Shown one piece after another: positions 27,859 to 37,736 of a stretch of 52,742 bases of DNA (position 1 is the first letter of the stretch; each line of letters opens with the position of its first letter). The stretch lies in the NCBI GenBank assembly GCA_031459625.1, contig JAVKIH010000017.1, forward strand, positions 1 through 52,742. Direction: 5' to 3'. The translations under genes and the position numbers were made by a program. This DNA is from Candidatus Geohabitans tengchongensis (GTDB lineage: Bacteria > Sysuimicrobiota > Sysuimicrobiia > Sysuimicrobiales > Humicultoraceae). A model generated the notes under the pieces. It was given only the letters and a program-made list of their open reading frames with translations. It searched no databases and was not told the origin of the DNA.

Positions 27859-29049
27859 CTAGGGTGACGGCTGCAGCGTGATGCGCAGGAGCGACCCGAA
27901 GCGGCCGCGCACCAGGCCGGCGATCGCCTCCGCGGTCGAGCGCCGGTAGGGGCCCAGGGTGATCAGGTAACGCGTCCCCTCCACGCGCGTGACCCGCGCC
28001 GCGTAGCCGGAGAGGGTCAGGTGCGCGGCGATCTCCGCCGCCCGCTCCGGGCTCGCCACCGGGCCGATCTGCACGATCACGAAGGCCTCCTGCGGATCGA
28101 AGCTGGGCTCGGTGGGAGCGGGGGTCGTCGGCGGTCGCAGCGCCGGGGAGGGCGTCGGGGTCGCCAGCCGCGGAGTGGGCTGCGGTGGGGCGGGCGTGGG
28201 AGGTGGCGCCGGGGGCATCGGCGTGGGTGCGGGCTCCGGCGGGCCCGGACGCGGGGTCGGCGAGGGAAGCTGCGCGGGGCGGCGCGCCAGCGCGGGGGAC
28301 CGTGGCGGGGAGGGGGCGGGCCGGGCGAGGGTGGTAGGAGCGGGCCCCGCCCCCCGCGGGGCGGTCCGTTGCGCCGCGATCTCGGCGGCGGCCGCCTCGG
28401 ACGCCCGGGCCAGGAGGATCATGGCCTGGGGAGTGTAGTGTTCCTCGGTCTCCTCCCCCCGCGCCACGGCCCGACGGTAGGCGGCGGCCTGCCGCAGCAG
28501 CAGGGCGGCGTCGTCGCGGGTAGCGCGGCGGCGCACGGCGATGAGCCCGGCCATCGCCTCCTCGTCCCCTGGATCGCGCAGCGCGGCCAGCAGGAAGGCC
28601 TCCTGAGCCTGCGCCAGCTGCCCCGCCTCCAGCAGGTCCCAGGCACGCTGATGGCGCCGGCGCCCGCCAGGCTGTGCGGCGGCAGGGGCGGTGTCGGGGG
28701 GAAACGTCTCGGCCGGCTGTGGGGCGGGCTGAACCGCCTCCGGCGCAGGGAAGGGTCCCGGTGTTCCGCCCGGCCCGCCAGCGGTCCCGGGCGGCCGTTG
28801 GGGCGAAGGGGCCGCCGTTGGCCCGGGAGCGGGTGCTGCCGGGCGGTCCGGGACTGGTGAGGGAGACCCGGGAGCTCCGGGCTGCGCCGGGCCGGTCGGG
28901 GCCGAAGGTCCTTCGGATCCGGCATTCCGAAGCCAGGGGAGCCCGGACAGCGGAGGACCGGGCGCAAAGAAGCCGACTCCGACCAGAGCCAGTGCGCCGA
29001 TCAGCGCCCCCACCAGCAGGCTCACCAGGAAGGTCGAGTCAGCCCTCAT
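27859..29049 (-). CDS. Membrane-anchored Pro-rich protein with TPR-like segment and C-terminal SPOR-like domain
   Basis: N-terminal TM, Pro-rich linkers, helical AQAQEAFLLAALRDPGD segment, C-terminal IVQIGP...AAEIAAHL...YLITLGPY. Confidence 0.65.
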   Translation of the reverse strand: MRADSTFLVSLLVGALIGALALVGVGFFAPGPPLSGLPWLRNAGSEGPSAPTGPAQPGAPGSPSPVPDRPAAPAPGPTAAPSPQRPPGTAGGPGGTPGPFPAPEAVQPAPQPAETFPPDTAPAAAQPGGRRRHQRAWDLLEAGQLAQAQEAFLLAALRDPGDEEAMAGLIAVRRRATRDDAALLLRQAAAYRRAVARGEETEEHYTPQAMILLARASEAAAAEIAAQRTAPRGAGPAPTTLARPAPSPPRSPALARRPAQLPSPTPRPGPPEPAPTPMPPAPPPTPAPPQPTPRLATPTPSPALRPPTTPAPTEPSFDPQEAFVIVQIGPVASPERAAEIAAHLTLSGYAARVTRVEGTRYLITLGPYRRSTAEAIAGLVRGRFGSLLRITLQPSP

Positions 29050-29149
29050 GGTCCCGGGGGTTTGATTCTCTCACAGTCTGCCCGTACCCGTACCGCGAAA
29101 CGACACCCCTTCGGTTGTGCCCACCTCGCGGGCGCAGGTAGGATGAGGG

Positions 29150-30304
29150 GTGATGCCCGAGAGGATCTACCTAGACAACGCCGCGACGACACCGCCCGAC
29201 CCGGCGGTCATCGAGGCGATGGCGGAGGTGCTCCGCACCGCCTACGGGAACCCCTCCTCCCTCCACCGGCTGGGAGTGGAGGCGGAGGCCCGGGTGGCCG
29301 CCGGGCGGGCCGAGGTGGCCGCCGCGCTGGGCGTGGCGCCGGCCCAGGTGATCTTCACCTCGGGCGGCACCGAGGCCAACGCCCTGGCGCTGGTGGGAGC
29401 GGCGCGCGCCTACCGGTCGCGGGGGACGCACCTGGTGACCACCGCGGTGGAGCACTCCTCCGTGCTCGACACCCTGCGGGCGCTGGAGCCGGAGGGGTGG
29501 GCCCTCACCGTCCTCGCCGTCGACCGCTGGGGCCGGGTGGACCCGGACGCGGTGGCGCGGGCGCTGCGCCCGGACACGGTGCTCGTCTCGGTGATGGCGG
29601 TGAACAACGAGGTGGGCACCGTCCAGCCCATCGCCGCCATCGCGCGCCTGCTGCGCGAGCGCCGCGGCGACAGCCGCCTGCCACTGCTGCACGTCGACGC
29701 CGTGCAGGCCTTCGGCACCCTGCCGGTGCCCGTGGAGGACGCCGACCTGGTGACGGTCTCGGCCCACAAGGTCCACGGGCCCAAGGGTGTGGGCGCGCTC
29801 GTCGTGCGGCCGGGCGTGCGCCTGGTGCCGCTGCTGCACGGCGGGGAGCAGGAGCGCGGGCTGCGCCCCGGCACGGAGAACGTCCCCGGCATCGTGGGCT
29901 TCGGCGTAGCGGCGCGCCTGGTGCGCGAGGCGGGGGACGTGACCCCGCGCCTGCGGGCGCTGCGCACGCGGCTGCTGGAGGGGCTGCGGCCGGTGGAGGA
30001 CCTGGTGGTGAACAGCCCCCCGGACGGGGCGCCGCACATCCTGAACGTGCAGGTGCCCGGGGTGCGCGGGGAGACGCTGGTCCACCGGCTGGAGCAGGAG
30101 GGCGTCTACGTCTCCACCGGCTCGGCCTGCCACTCGCGCGACCCGCGCCCCAGCCACGTCCTCCTGGCCATGGGCCTGCGGCGCGAGGCGGCGCGCGCCT
30201 CCATCCGCCTGAGCCTCTCCCGCCACACCACGGCCGCGGAGGTCGACGCCGCCGCCGGGGCCATCGTGCGGGCCGCGACGGAGCTGCGGGTGCTGGCCCG
30301 GTGA
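29150..30304 (+). CDS. Cysteine desulfurase (NifZ/IscS-like, class V PLP enzyme)
   Basis: IYLDNAATT, GNPSSLH, FTSGGTEAN, VNNEVG, DAVQA, SAHKVHGPKG and STGSACHS motifs; overlaps thiI. Confidence 0.94.
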   Translation: MMPERIYLDNAATTPPDPAVIEAMAEVLRTAYGNPSSLHRLGVEAEARVAAGRAEVAAALGVAPAQVIFTSGGTEANALALVGAARAYRSRGTHLVTTAVEHSSVLDTLRALEPEGWALTVLAVDRWGRVDPDAVARALRPDTVLVSVMAVNNEVGTVQPIAAIARLLRERRGDSRLPLLHVDAVQAFGTLPVPVEDADLVTVSAHKVHGPKGVGALVVRPGVRLVPLLHGGEQERGLRPGTENVPGIVGFGVAARLVREAGDVTPRLRALRTRLLEGLRPVEDLVVNSPPDGAPHILNVQVPGVRGETLVHRLEQEGVYVSTGSACHSRDPRPSHVLLAMGLRREAARASIRLSLSRHTTAAEVDAAAGAIVRAATELRVLAR

Positions 30305-31512
30305 CCGGGATGGAGCCTGTCCTGCTCGTCCGCTACGGGGAGGTGGCGCTCAAGGGGCAGAACCGCCCCTTCTTCCTGGGCACGCTCGTGCGCAACCTGG
30401 AGGCGCTGGCCGGCCCCGGGGTGGAGGTCCGGGCGCGCTTCGGGCGCATCCTGCTCACCGGGCCCGCCGTGCGGCAGGACCCGCGCGCCGTGCTGGAGCG
30501 GGCGCGGCGGGTCTTCGGCGTGGTCTCGCTCAGCCCGGCCCTGGAGGTCCCGGCGGAGCCCGCGGCCATCCTGCAGGCCGCCGAGACCGCCACCGCCGCC
30601 CACCTGGCCCGGAGGGCGGCCGCCACCTTCAAGGTGGACGCGCGGCGCGCGGACAAGCGCTTCCCTCTCACCTCCCTCGACCTGAACCGCGAGGTGGGCG
30701 CGCACCTGGCCGCGCGTTTCGGCCTGCGCGTAGACGTCCACCACCCCGACTTCACGGTGCAGGTGGAGGTGCGGGACCGGGCCTACGTCGCCACCGAGGT
30801 CGTCCCCGGCCCCGGCGGCCTCCCCGTGGGCACCGGGGCCCGCGCCGTGATCCTCCTTTCCGGCGGAATCGACAGTCCCGTGGCGCTGTGGCTGGCGGCG
30901 CGCCGCGGGCTCGTCCCCGTGGCGGTGCACTTCCACAGCTTCCCCTTCACGAGCGAGCGCAGCCGGCAGAAGGTGCTCGACCTGGCGCGGGTGCTCGCGA
31001 CCTACACCGGGCCGCTGCGCGTCTGGGTGGTGCACTTCACCGAGATCCAGCGGGCCATCCAGCTCACCGTCCCCGAGGCGCTGCGGGTGACGGTGATGCG
31101 ACGGATGATGATGCGCCTGGCCGAGCGCATCGCCGTCCTCGAGGGCGCGGCGGGGCTCGTCACCGGGGAGAGCGTGGGGCAGGTGGCCAGCCAGACCCTC
31201 GAGTCCATCGGCACCATCGAGGCCGCCACCACGCTCCCGGTCCTGCGGCCGCTCAGCGGCATGGACAAGAGCGAAATCGTCGCCCGGGCCCGGGCCATCG
31301 GCACCTACGAGATCTCGGTGCTGCCCTACGAGGACTGCTGCAGCCTCTTCCTCCCCGCCCACCCGCACACCCACCCGACGCGGGCCGACGCGGAGCGGGC
31401 CGAGGCAGGCCTGGACATCCCGGCCCTGCTCACCGAGGCGATGGAGCGCAGCGAGGTCGTCACCGTCTCGCCGGGGGAACAGCCCGCCCTCGCCGCGGCC
31501 CCTGTCGGCTAG
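30301..31512 (+). CDS. thiI: tRNA s4U8 sulfurtransferase ThiI (no rhodanese domain)
   Basis: VRYGEVALKGQNR, THUMP domain, PP-loop SGGIDSPV, GESVGQVASQTL and EDCC motifs. Start is GTG 30301 or ATG 30310. Confidence 0.95.
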   Translation: MTGMEPVLLVRYGEVALKGQNRPFFLGTLVRNLEALAGPGVEVRARFGRILLTGPAVRQDPRAVLERARRVFGVVSLSPALEVPAEPAAILQAAETATAAHLARRAAATFKVDARRADKRFPLTSLDLNREVGAHLAARFGLRVDVHHPDFTVQVEVRDRAYVATEVVPGPGGLPVGTGARAVILLSGGIDSPVALWLAARRGLVPVAVHFHSFPFTSERSRQKVLDLARVLATYTGPLRVWVVHFTEIQRAIQLTVPEALRVTVMRRMMMRLAERIAVLEGAAGLVTGESVGQVASQTLESIGTIEAATTLPVLRPLSGMDKSEIVARARAIGTYEISVLPYEDCCSLFLPAHPHTHPTRADAERAEAGLDIPALLTEAMERSEVVTVSPGEQPALAAAPVG

Positions 31513-31789
31513 GACGAACCCCGCGCGCGATGGCGCCCGGGTGGGGCAGCCGTCGTCGATCCGTCCGGGGAGAGTACAGAATGTTTCGTTATTTTTCCCT
31601 CCCCAGGACCTCTCCACGACAGGTGCGGCACGCCGGCGGGGAGAACATTGAGAGAAGGTCGGCGCCCATTGGGGCGCTTCGAGTCGTCTCAACCGCAGGC
31701 CTGCGCGGGCGGAGGGCTCACCATTCCCGCCTGCCCCGGCGCCGGGCCAGACCGGCGGCGCGCGGGGAGCGGGACGCGTGGGGGGGCCG

Positions 31790-32776
31790 GTGAAGGTCTG
31801 CCTCTACCTCGAGCACAGCCGACGCCACACGTGGAGCGGCGGGATCCGCCGGGCGCACGAGAACCACATGAAGGCGCTGCGGGCCGCCGGGGTGGAGTTC
31901 ACCACCGATCCGGGGGACCGCTTCGACGTCCTCCACGTACACTCCATCGGCGCCCGCTCCGTCTACCTGGTGGAGAAGTACACCGGCCGCCGGCCGGTGG
32001 TGATCCACAGCCACACCACCGCCGAGGACTTCGCCAACTCCTTCGTGATGAGCGACTCCATCGCCCCCTACCTGGGGCGGTTCCTGCGCTACTACTACGG
32101 CAAAGCGGACCTCATCATCGCACCCTCCCCCTACGCCCGCGAGGTGCTGCGTCGCTATGAGGTGGACCGGCCCATCGAGGTGGTGAGCAACGGGGTCGAC
32201 CTGCGCCGCTTCACCCCCCACCCGCGCAAGCGCGTCCTCGTCCGCGGCCGCCACCGCCTGACCGGCACCGTCGTCTTCGCCGTCGGGCTGGTCCTGCTGC
32301 GCAAAGGGGTGGACACCTTCTGCCAGGTGGCCGAGGCCCTCCCCGAGCTCACCTTCGCCTGGTTCGGGCGCATCCACCGGGCGGTCAAGCCGGAGACGCT
32401 GCGCGTGCTGGAGCAGGCCCCGCCGAACGTGCGCTTCATGGGCTACGTCGAGGACATCACCGAGGCCTACGCCGCCGGGGACATCTTCTTCTTCCCGAGC
32501 CACGTGGAGAACGAAGGGCTGGCCATCCTCGAGGCGGCAGCGGCGGGCCGGCCGCTCGTACTGCGCGACGCGGAATGCTTCGCCGGCCGCTACGTGCACG
32601 AGGCCAACTGCCTCATGGCCGCCGACGTGGACGGGCTGGCGGCGCAGGTGCGCCGTCTGGCCGGGGACCCGGCCCTGGCCCAGCGGTTGGGCGCGGCCGC
32701 GCGGGCCTACGCCGAACGCCACTCCCTGGAGCGCGTGGGCGTCCGCCTGCGGGAGATCTACGCGGGCCTCTGCTAG
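31790..32776 (+). CDS. GT4 glycosyltransferase, diglycosyl-diacylglycerol synthase-like
   Basis: KVCLY...GIRRA...TTDP..FDVLH, HTTAEDFANSF, SNGVDL, RKGV and FFPSHVENEGLAILEA resemble glycolipid alpha-1,2-glycosyltransferases. Substrate is inferred. Confidence 0.85.
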   Translation: MKVCLYLEHSRRHTWSGGIRRAHENHMKALRAAGVEFTTDPGDRFDVLHVHSIGARSVYLVEKYTGRRPVVIHSHTTAEDFANSFVMSDSIAPYLGRFLRYYYGKADLIIAPSPYAREVLRRYEVDRPIEVVSNGVDLRRFTPHPRKRVLVRGRHRLTGTVVFAVGLVLLRKGVDTFCQVAEALPELTFAWFGRIHRAVKPETLRVLEQAPPNVRFMGYVEDITEAYAAGDIFFFPSHVENEGLAILEAAAAGRPLVLRDAECFAGRYVHEANCLMAADVDGLAAQVRRLAGDPALAQRLGAAARAYAERHSLERVGVRLREIYAGLC

Positions 32777-32995
32777 CTACCGCGCCGCCCCCGGCGCTCC
32801 CTCCAGCCAGTCGAGGTCGCCGCGCAGGCGGCGGAGGGCTAGCCGCTGGCGCGCCTTCTGCGGAAACACGGCCACCTCGACCCCTGCGGGATAGGGGCGC
32901 GGGAGGCCGTTGGCGACCATGCCCTTCGCGGAGATCAATCCACGCCGCTCGACAACGACCGTTGGACAGGGCGGGTGCGGCGCCACACGCCGGTG

Positions 32996-33035
32996 GAGAG
33001 AGGCCTCCCGCCCCTCGAGAGAGGCCTCCCGCCCC
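32996..33035. repeat. 19-bp direct repeat, period 21
   Basis: gagagaggcctcccgcccc at 32996-33014 and 33017-33035, just past the GT2 stop. Confidence 0.85.
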
Positions 33036-33040
33036 GCGGT

Positions 33041-34393
33041 TCACCGGACCCCCGCCATCCGCTCCGTCGCCACCTCGCCCACGTGGGTCGTCTTCGCCCA
33101 GTCGATCCGCCCGGTCACGGCACTGCGCACGTACCGGGCGATGGCGTAGGGCACCACGACGAAGCGGTGCAGGGAGAAGAGGGCGAAGCGCAGCGGCACC
33201 CCCACCAGCTGCGCGGGGCGCCACCCCAGCCGCTCCACCACCGCCCCCAGCAGGCTCAGGGAGCAGAGCCCCGACGCGCCGGCCATGAGGTGCGGGGAGA
33301 CCTGCAGGAAGAGCACCACCACCCCGGCCAGGCGCAGCAGCCCATAGGCGTAGGTCGTCAGCAGCGCCAGCGTGGCCACGAGGCTCCCCGCCAGGAAGAA
33401 GAGGACGTCCACCCGCGTCTGCAGCGGCAGCCGGCCGAAGAGGATGGCCGGCAGGTGCTCGCCCAGCGCCTGCATCGCCCCCTCGAACCAGCGCGTGCGC
33501 TGCCGCACCAGGTCGCGCACCGTGGGCACCGCCTCCTCCCAGACGACGGCCTCCTCGCAGTAGCGGATCCGCCAGCCGCGCAGGTGGAAGCGCACGGAGA
33601 GGTCGATGTCCTCGGTGAGGGCGTCCTCGTGCCACCCCCCCACCGCCTCCAGGGCGTCGCGGCGCAGGACGAGCCCGTTGCCGGCGAAGGCGACGAAGGC
33701 GCGCAGCCGCTCCCGGGCGCGCTGGAAGAGCGTCATGAAGATGCCGAACTCGTCCGCCTGCATGCGGGTGAGGAGGTTCTGCCCGGCGTTGTAGGGAAGG
33801 CGACGTGCCTGCACGCCGCCCACCCGGGGGCCGTCCAGGCAGGCCACCATGCGCTGCAGGAAGTCCGGGGCCACGCGCGCATCGGCGTCGAAGAAGGCCA
33901 GCAGCCGCCCCCGCGCCACGCGCAGCCCCGCGTTGAGCGCGGCCGCCTTCCCCACGCTCCCCAGCGGCGTGCGCACCACGCGCAGCCCCAGGCGGGGGCG
34001 CAGCCGCTCCAGGACCTCGGCGGTGCCGTCGGTGGAGCGATCGTCGATGACGATGAGCTCGAAGCGCCGCCGGCCGCGGCGGTGGTAGTCGAGCCGGGCC
34101 AGGCAGCGCAGCGTGTCCGCGATCACCGCCATTTCGTCCTTCACCGGGACGAGGATGGAGACGAAGGGACGCGCCGCCGTGGGGGGCCGGGGCGCGGGGC
34201 GGCGCAGCCCCACCACCAGGAGCACGGTGCTGTAGATGCTCAGCACGATGAAGAGGGTCTGCAGCCAGCGCACGCTGACGAAGACGTAGTGGAAGACGAA
34301 GCGGCCGATGTAGTCGAGGCTGTGCACCACCATGGCCACCCACAGGGCGGCGATGAGCAGCAGGACCAGGTGGCGGGTCGTGCGCGGGCTCAC
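33041..34393 (-). CDS. GT2 membrane glycosyltransferase (D,D,D,QxxRW type)
   Basis: IDDRSTD, GKAAALN, FDAD, LTEDID, RQRTRW and WAKT motifs with flanking TM helices. Confidence 0.9.
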   Translation of the reverse strand: MSPRTTRHLVLLLIAALWVAMVVHSLDYIGRFVFHYVFVSVRWLQTLFIVLSIYSTVLLVVGLRRPAPRPPTAARPFVSILVPVKDEMAVIADTLRCLARLDYHRRGRRRFELIVIDDRSTDGTAEVLERLRPRLGLRVVRTPLGSVGKAAALNAGLRVARGRLLAFFDADARVAPDFLQRMVACLDGPRVGGVQARRLPYNAGQNLLTRMQADEFGIFMTLFQRARERLRAFVAFAGNGLVLRRDALEAVGGWHEDALTEDIDLSVRFHLRGWRIRYCEEAVVWEEAVPTVRDLVRQRTRWFEGAMQALGEHLPAILFGRLPLQTRVDVLFFLAGSLVATLALLTTYAYGLLRLAGVVVLFLQVSPHLMAGASGLCSLSLLGAVVERLGWRPAQLVGVPLRFALFSLHRFVVVPYAIARYVRSAVTGRIDWAKTTHVGEVATERMAGVR

Positions 34394-34408
34394 GGGGTCT
34401 GCGCCCCC

Positions 34409-35545
34409 TCAGGCGCCGCGGCCGCCCCCGCGGCCCCCCAGCGGCGCGGCCGACGTCTCTGGCGCCTCTGGCGGTGGGGCGGCACCCGGTGATGCGGCGG
34501 GACCCAGCAGGCGGTCGATGGCCGGTCCCAAGGGCGGGTGGAGCACCCCCGCGTCGGTGACGAGGGCAGTGACGAGGTGGTGAGGGGTGACGTCGAAGGC
34601 GGGGTTGCGCGCCGGCGTCCCCTGCGGGGCGATGGGGCGACCGGCCACGGTCAGGACCTCCTCGGGGGGGCGCTCCTCGATGGGGATGGCCCCCCCGTCG
34701 GGCAGGCGGGGGTCGAAGGTGGAGCGCGGCGCCGCCACCACGAAGGGGATCCCGTGCGCCCGGGCCAGGACGGCCAGGGCGTAGGTGCCGATCTTGTTGG
34801 CGACGTCGCCGTTGCGCGCCACCCGGTCGGCCCCGACGAGGACGCGGTCCACCTCCCCGCGGGCCATCAGCCACCCGGCGGCGCTGTCGGTGAGCAGCGC
34901 GAAGGGGATGCCGTCGCGCTGCAGCTCCCAGGCGGTGAGGCGAGCACCCTGCAGCACCGGCCGCGTCTCGCAGGCCAGCACCCGAATGCCCCTCCCCTGC
35001 GCGTGGGCGCGGCGGAGGATGCCGTAGGCCGTCCCGCCGCCCACGGTGGCCAGGCTGCCGGTGTTGCAGTAGGTGAGGATGCGCTCGCCCGGGGCGATGA
35101 GCGCGGCCCCGAACTCGGCGATGCGAGCGTTGGCCGCGAGGTCCTCCCGGGCCACCGCCTCGGCCTCGTCCAGGAGGACCCGGGCGGGGTCGGCGTCCGC
35201 AGGGGCGGTGCGCAGCCGGGTGAGCAGGCGGTCGAGCGCCCAGCGCAGGTTCACGGCGGTGGGCCGCGCCGCCGCCAGGGCTGCGGCCACCTCCACCAGC
35301 GCCTCGGGCGTGCGTGCCTGCCCCCGCCAGGCGGCCAGGGCGAGCGCGTAGGCGGCGGCCGCGCCGATGGCCGGCGCGCCGCGCACCCGCAGGCGGCGGA
35401 TCGCCTCCGCCACCTCCTCCCACGAGCGGCAGACGCGAACCTGCACCTGGTAGGGGAGGAGGGTCTGGTCCAGGAGACGGACCGTGCCCTCCTCCCACCA
35501 GACGCTCCTCACCGCCACGCCCCCCGCGTCCACCGCCCCTCCCAT
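34409..35545 (-). CDS. mtnA: Methylthioribose-1-phosphate isomerase (start uncertain)
   Basis: [53 protein letters not shown] and NPAFDVTP motifs. Confidence 0.95.
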   Translation of the reverse strand: MGGAVDAGGVAVRSVWWEEGTVRLLDQTLLPYQVQVRVCRSWEEVAEAIRRLRVRGAPAIGAAAAYALALAAWRGQARTPEALVEVAAALAAARPTAVNLRWALDRLLTRLRTAPADADPARVLLDEAEAVAREDLAANARIAEFGAALIAPGERILTYCNTGSLATVGGGTAYGILRRAHAQGRGIRVLACETRPVLQGARLTAWELQRDGIPFALLTDSAAGWLMARGEVDRVLVGADRVARNGDVANKIGTYALAVLARAHGIPFVVAAPRSTFDPRLPDGGAIPIEERPPEEVLTVAGRPIAPQGTPARNPAFDVTPHHLVTALVTDAGVLHPPLGPAIDRLLGPAASPGAAPPPEAPETSAAPLGGRGGGRGA

Positions 35546-35635
35546 GATACCCCGCCCCGCCGCGGGGAGGTCCCCGCCTCGCGGGGCCACGCCGCGTCCC
35601 AGCACGGGCGGGCCCCGCCGGAGGACCCGGGCACG

Positions 35636-36040
35636 CTACCCCAGCGGCAGCAGGCCGGCGCGGTCGGTCGGCACCACCTCCGCGTGGATGGTGACGGTGC
35701 TCGGCGTGAAGAGGAAGATCGCCTCCCCCACCCGCTGCAGGTGACCGTCCAGGGCGTAGGTGACGCCGCTCAGGAAGTCCACGATGCGACGGCTGAGCTC
35801 CGGGTCCACCGCCTGCAGGTTGAGGACGACGGGCCGCCGGTCGCGCAGGCAGTCGGCGGCGCGCCGGGCGTCGTCGAAGGCCCGCGGCTCGAGGACGACG
35901 ATCTCCAGCTGCCGCGGGGTGTGCAGGCTGAGGACGGGGGCGCGACGGCGCGGCTCCGCCCCCGGCGTCTCCGCCCCGTCCTCCTCGGGAGACTCCTCGG
36001 CGAAGCCGAGGAAGGTCATGAACCGCTGCATGGCGCTCAC
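35636..36040 (-). CDS. sepF: Cell division protein SepF
   Basis: GTG at 36040 with GGAGG RBS; amphipathic [31 protein letters not shown] and IFLFTP motifs. Confidence 0.93.
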   Translation of the reverse strand: MSAMQRFMTFLGFAEESPEEDGAETPGAEPRRRAPVLSLHTPRQLEIVVLEPRAFDDARRAADCLRDRRPVVLNLQAVDPELSRRIVDFLSGVTYALDGHLQRVGEAIFLFTPSTVTIHAEVVPTDRAGLLPLG

Positions 36041-36042
36041 CG

Positions 36043-36807
36043 CTACACCTCCCGCTCTCCCCTCCCCTCCCCGGTCGATCCCGCGGTGGGCGCCTCTCCC
36101 GCGCCCGCCGGACGGGCCGGGCGCTCCCCGAAGAGCGCCCGCCCGATCCGTACGATCGTGGCCCCTTCTTCCACGGCCACCTCGAAGTCGTCCGTCATCC
36201 CCATGGAGAGGTGCTCCGCCTCGGGGAGCACCTCGCGCACCCGGTCCCGCAGCGCCCGCAGCGCCCGGAAGACCGGCCGCGCCGCCTCGGGATCGGGGGC
36301 GAGCGGCGCGATCGTCATCATCCCCAGGACGCGCACCCCCGTCCACCTCCGCGCCGCCCGGGCGGCGGCGACCACCTCCTCGGGGGCGAAGCCGTGCTTC
36401 TGCGGCTCGCGCGCCACGTTCACCTGCAGCAGCACGCGGACCTCGCGCCCCAGGCGCTCGGCGTGCCGCGCCAGCGTCTCCCCCAGGCGCAGGGAGTCCA
36501 CCGAGTGGATCAGGGTGAAGGCCTCGGCGGCGTGGCGCGCCTTGTTCCGCTGCAGGTGCCCGACCAGGTGCCAGCGCGGCCCCGCGCCCAGCCGGGCGAT
36601 CTTGGGCAGGGCCTCCTGGACGCGGTTCTCCCCCAGGTCGCGCAGGCCGAGGGCCAGGGCCTCGCGCACCTGCGCCACCCCGACCCCCTTCGTCACCGCC
36701 ACCAGCGTGACATCCTCGGGGGCGCGCCCCACACGGCGCGCCGCGGCGGCCAGCCGCCCGCGCACCTGCGCCAGCCGGGAGGCGAGCGCGTCCGGCGACC
36801 GGGACAC
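36043..36807 (-). CDS. yggS: PLP homeostasis protein YggS/YlmE
   Basis: [39 protein letters not shown] and VRIGRALFG motifs. Confidence 0.95.
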   Translation of the reverse strand: MSRSPDALASRLAQVRGRLAAAARRVGRAPEDVTLVAVTKGVGVAQVREALALGLRDLGENRVQEALPKIARLGAGPRWHLVGHLQRNKARHAAEAFTLIHSVDSLRLGETLARHAERLGREVRVLLQVNVAREPQKHGFAPEEVVAAARAARRWTGVRVLGMMTIAPLAPDPEAARPVFRALRALRDRVREVLPEAEHLSMGMTDDFEVAVEEGATIVRIGRALFGERPARPAGAGEAPTAGSTGEGRGEREV

Positions 36808-37734
36808 CTATTCTACGGCCCTCCGTCGACTCCTATGGGCGCCGATGGGCGCCGGGCGATCTCCGCCCGTCGCCGCCCCACCGCGCCGCCCGGCGGGCGC
36901 GGCCGGGCGTGGGCTGCGGCGCGGGCTGATCAACCCGGCCTGGCGGCCGGTCGTCCCGTCGCGGCGGTAGGAGAACCACAGCTCGGGGTGGCAGGCGGTG
37001 CAGCGCCGGCTCACCCAGATCTGCCCGGGCGGCACGCCGGCGGCGATGAGCTCGAGCCGGTTGGCCTCCCACAGGTCGAGGAAGCCCCGGTCGCCCTGCC
37101 CGGGCCGCACCACGGCCCGGGCCCGGGGCCGTGCCTGGAACGCCGCCACCACCTCGGGGCCCACCTCGTAGTGGTCGGGTCCGATGGCCGGGCCCAGCGC
37201 GACGCGCAGGTCCCGTGGGTCGGTGCCGAAGGCCCGGACCATGGCCGCCACGGCCGCGCCGGCGATGCCCGCGGCGGTCCCCCGCCACCCGGCGTGCACC
37301 GCGCCGACGGCCCCGCGCCGCGGGTCCCACAGCAGGATGGGGACGCAGTCGGCGGCGTGCACCGCCAGCGTCACCGCCGGATCCGCGGTGAGGAGCCCGT
37401 CGGCGCCCGCCACCGCCCTGCCCGCGTCGGCGCGGGTGACCACCACCACCGCGGTGCCGTGCACCTGGGTGGCCTCGACGTGACCGGCGGGGTCCACCCC
37501 GAGGGCCGACAGGACACGGCGGCGGTTCTCGGCCACGCAGGCCGGGTCGTCGCCAGCGCCGCGGCCCAGGTTGAGGGTGGCGAAGGGCCCGTCGCTCACC
37601 CCGCCCCGCCGGGTGGTGAAGGCGTGGGTCACCCCGGCGAGGGTGGGGGCACGCAGGAGCGGGATCGCGGTGGCCACGGCCGGCCGCGGGCTCGACCCTG
37701 CGGGACGGGGGCGGCCCGGGTGGCCGCGCGCCAC
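36808..37734 (-). CDS. pgeF: PgeF/YlmD/YfiH family protein (start at 37734 or 37677)
   Basis: [48 protein letters not shown] and GRQ motifs; 3' part of ORF 36808..38835. Confidence 0.93.
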   Translation of the reverse strand: MARGHPGRPRPAGSSPRPAVATAIPLLRAPTLAGVTHAFTTRRGGVSDGPFATLNLGRGAGDDPACVAENRRRVLSALGVDPAGHVEATQVHGTAVVVVTRADAGRAVAGADGLLTADPAVTLAVHAADCVPILLWDPRRGAVGAVHAGWRGTAAGIAGAAVAAMVRAFGTDPRDLRVALGPAIGPDHYEVGPEVVAAFQARPRARAVVRPGQGDRGFLDLWEANRLELIAAGVPPGQIWVSRRCTACHPELWFSYRRDGTTGRQAGLISPRRSPRPAAPAGRRGGAATGGDRPAPIGAHRSRRRAVE

Positions 37735-37736
37735 CT

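Noticed and set aside
32777..32986. Small 69-aa minus-strand ORF between the GT4 and GT2 genes
   Set aside because: No clear RBS and no recognisable motif; cannot be supported.
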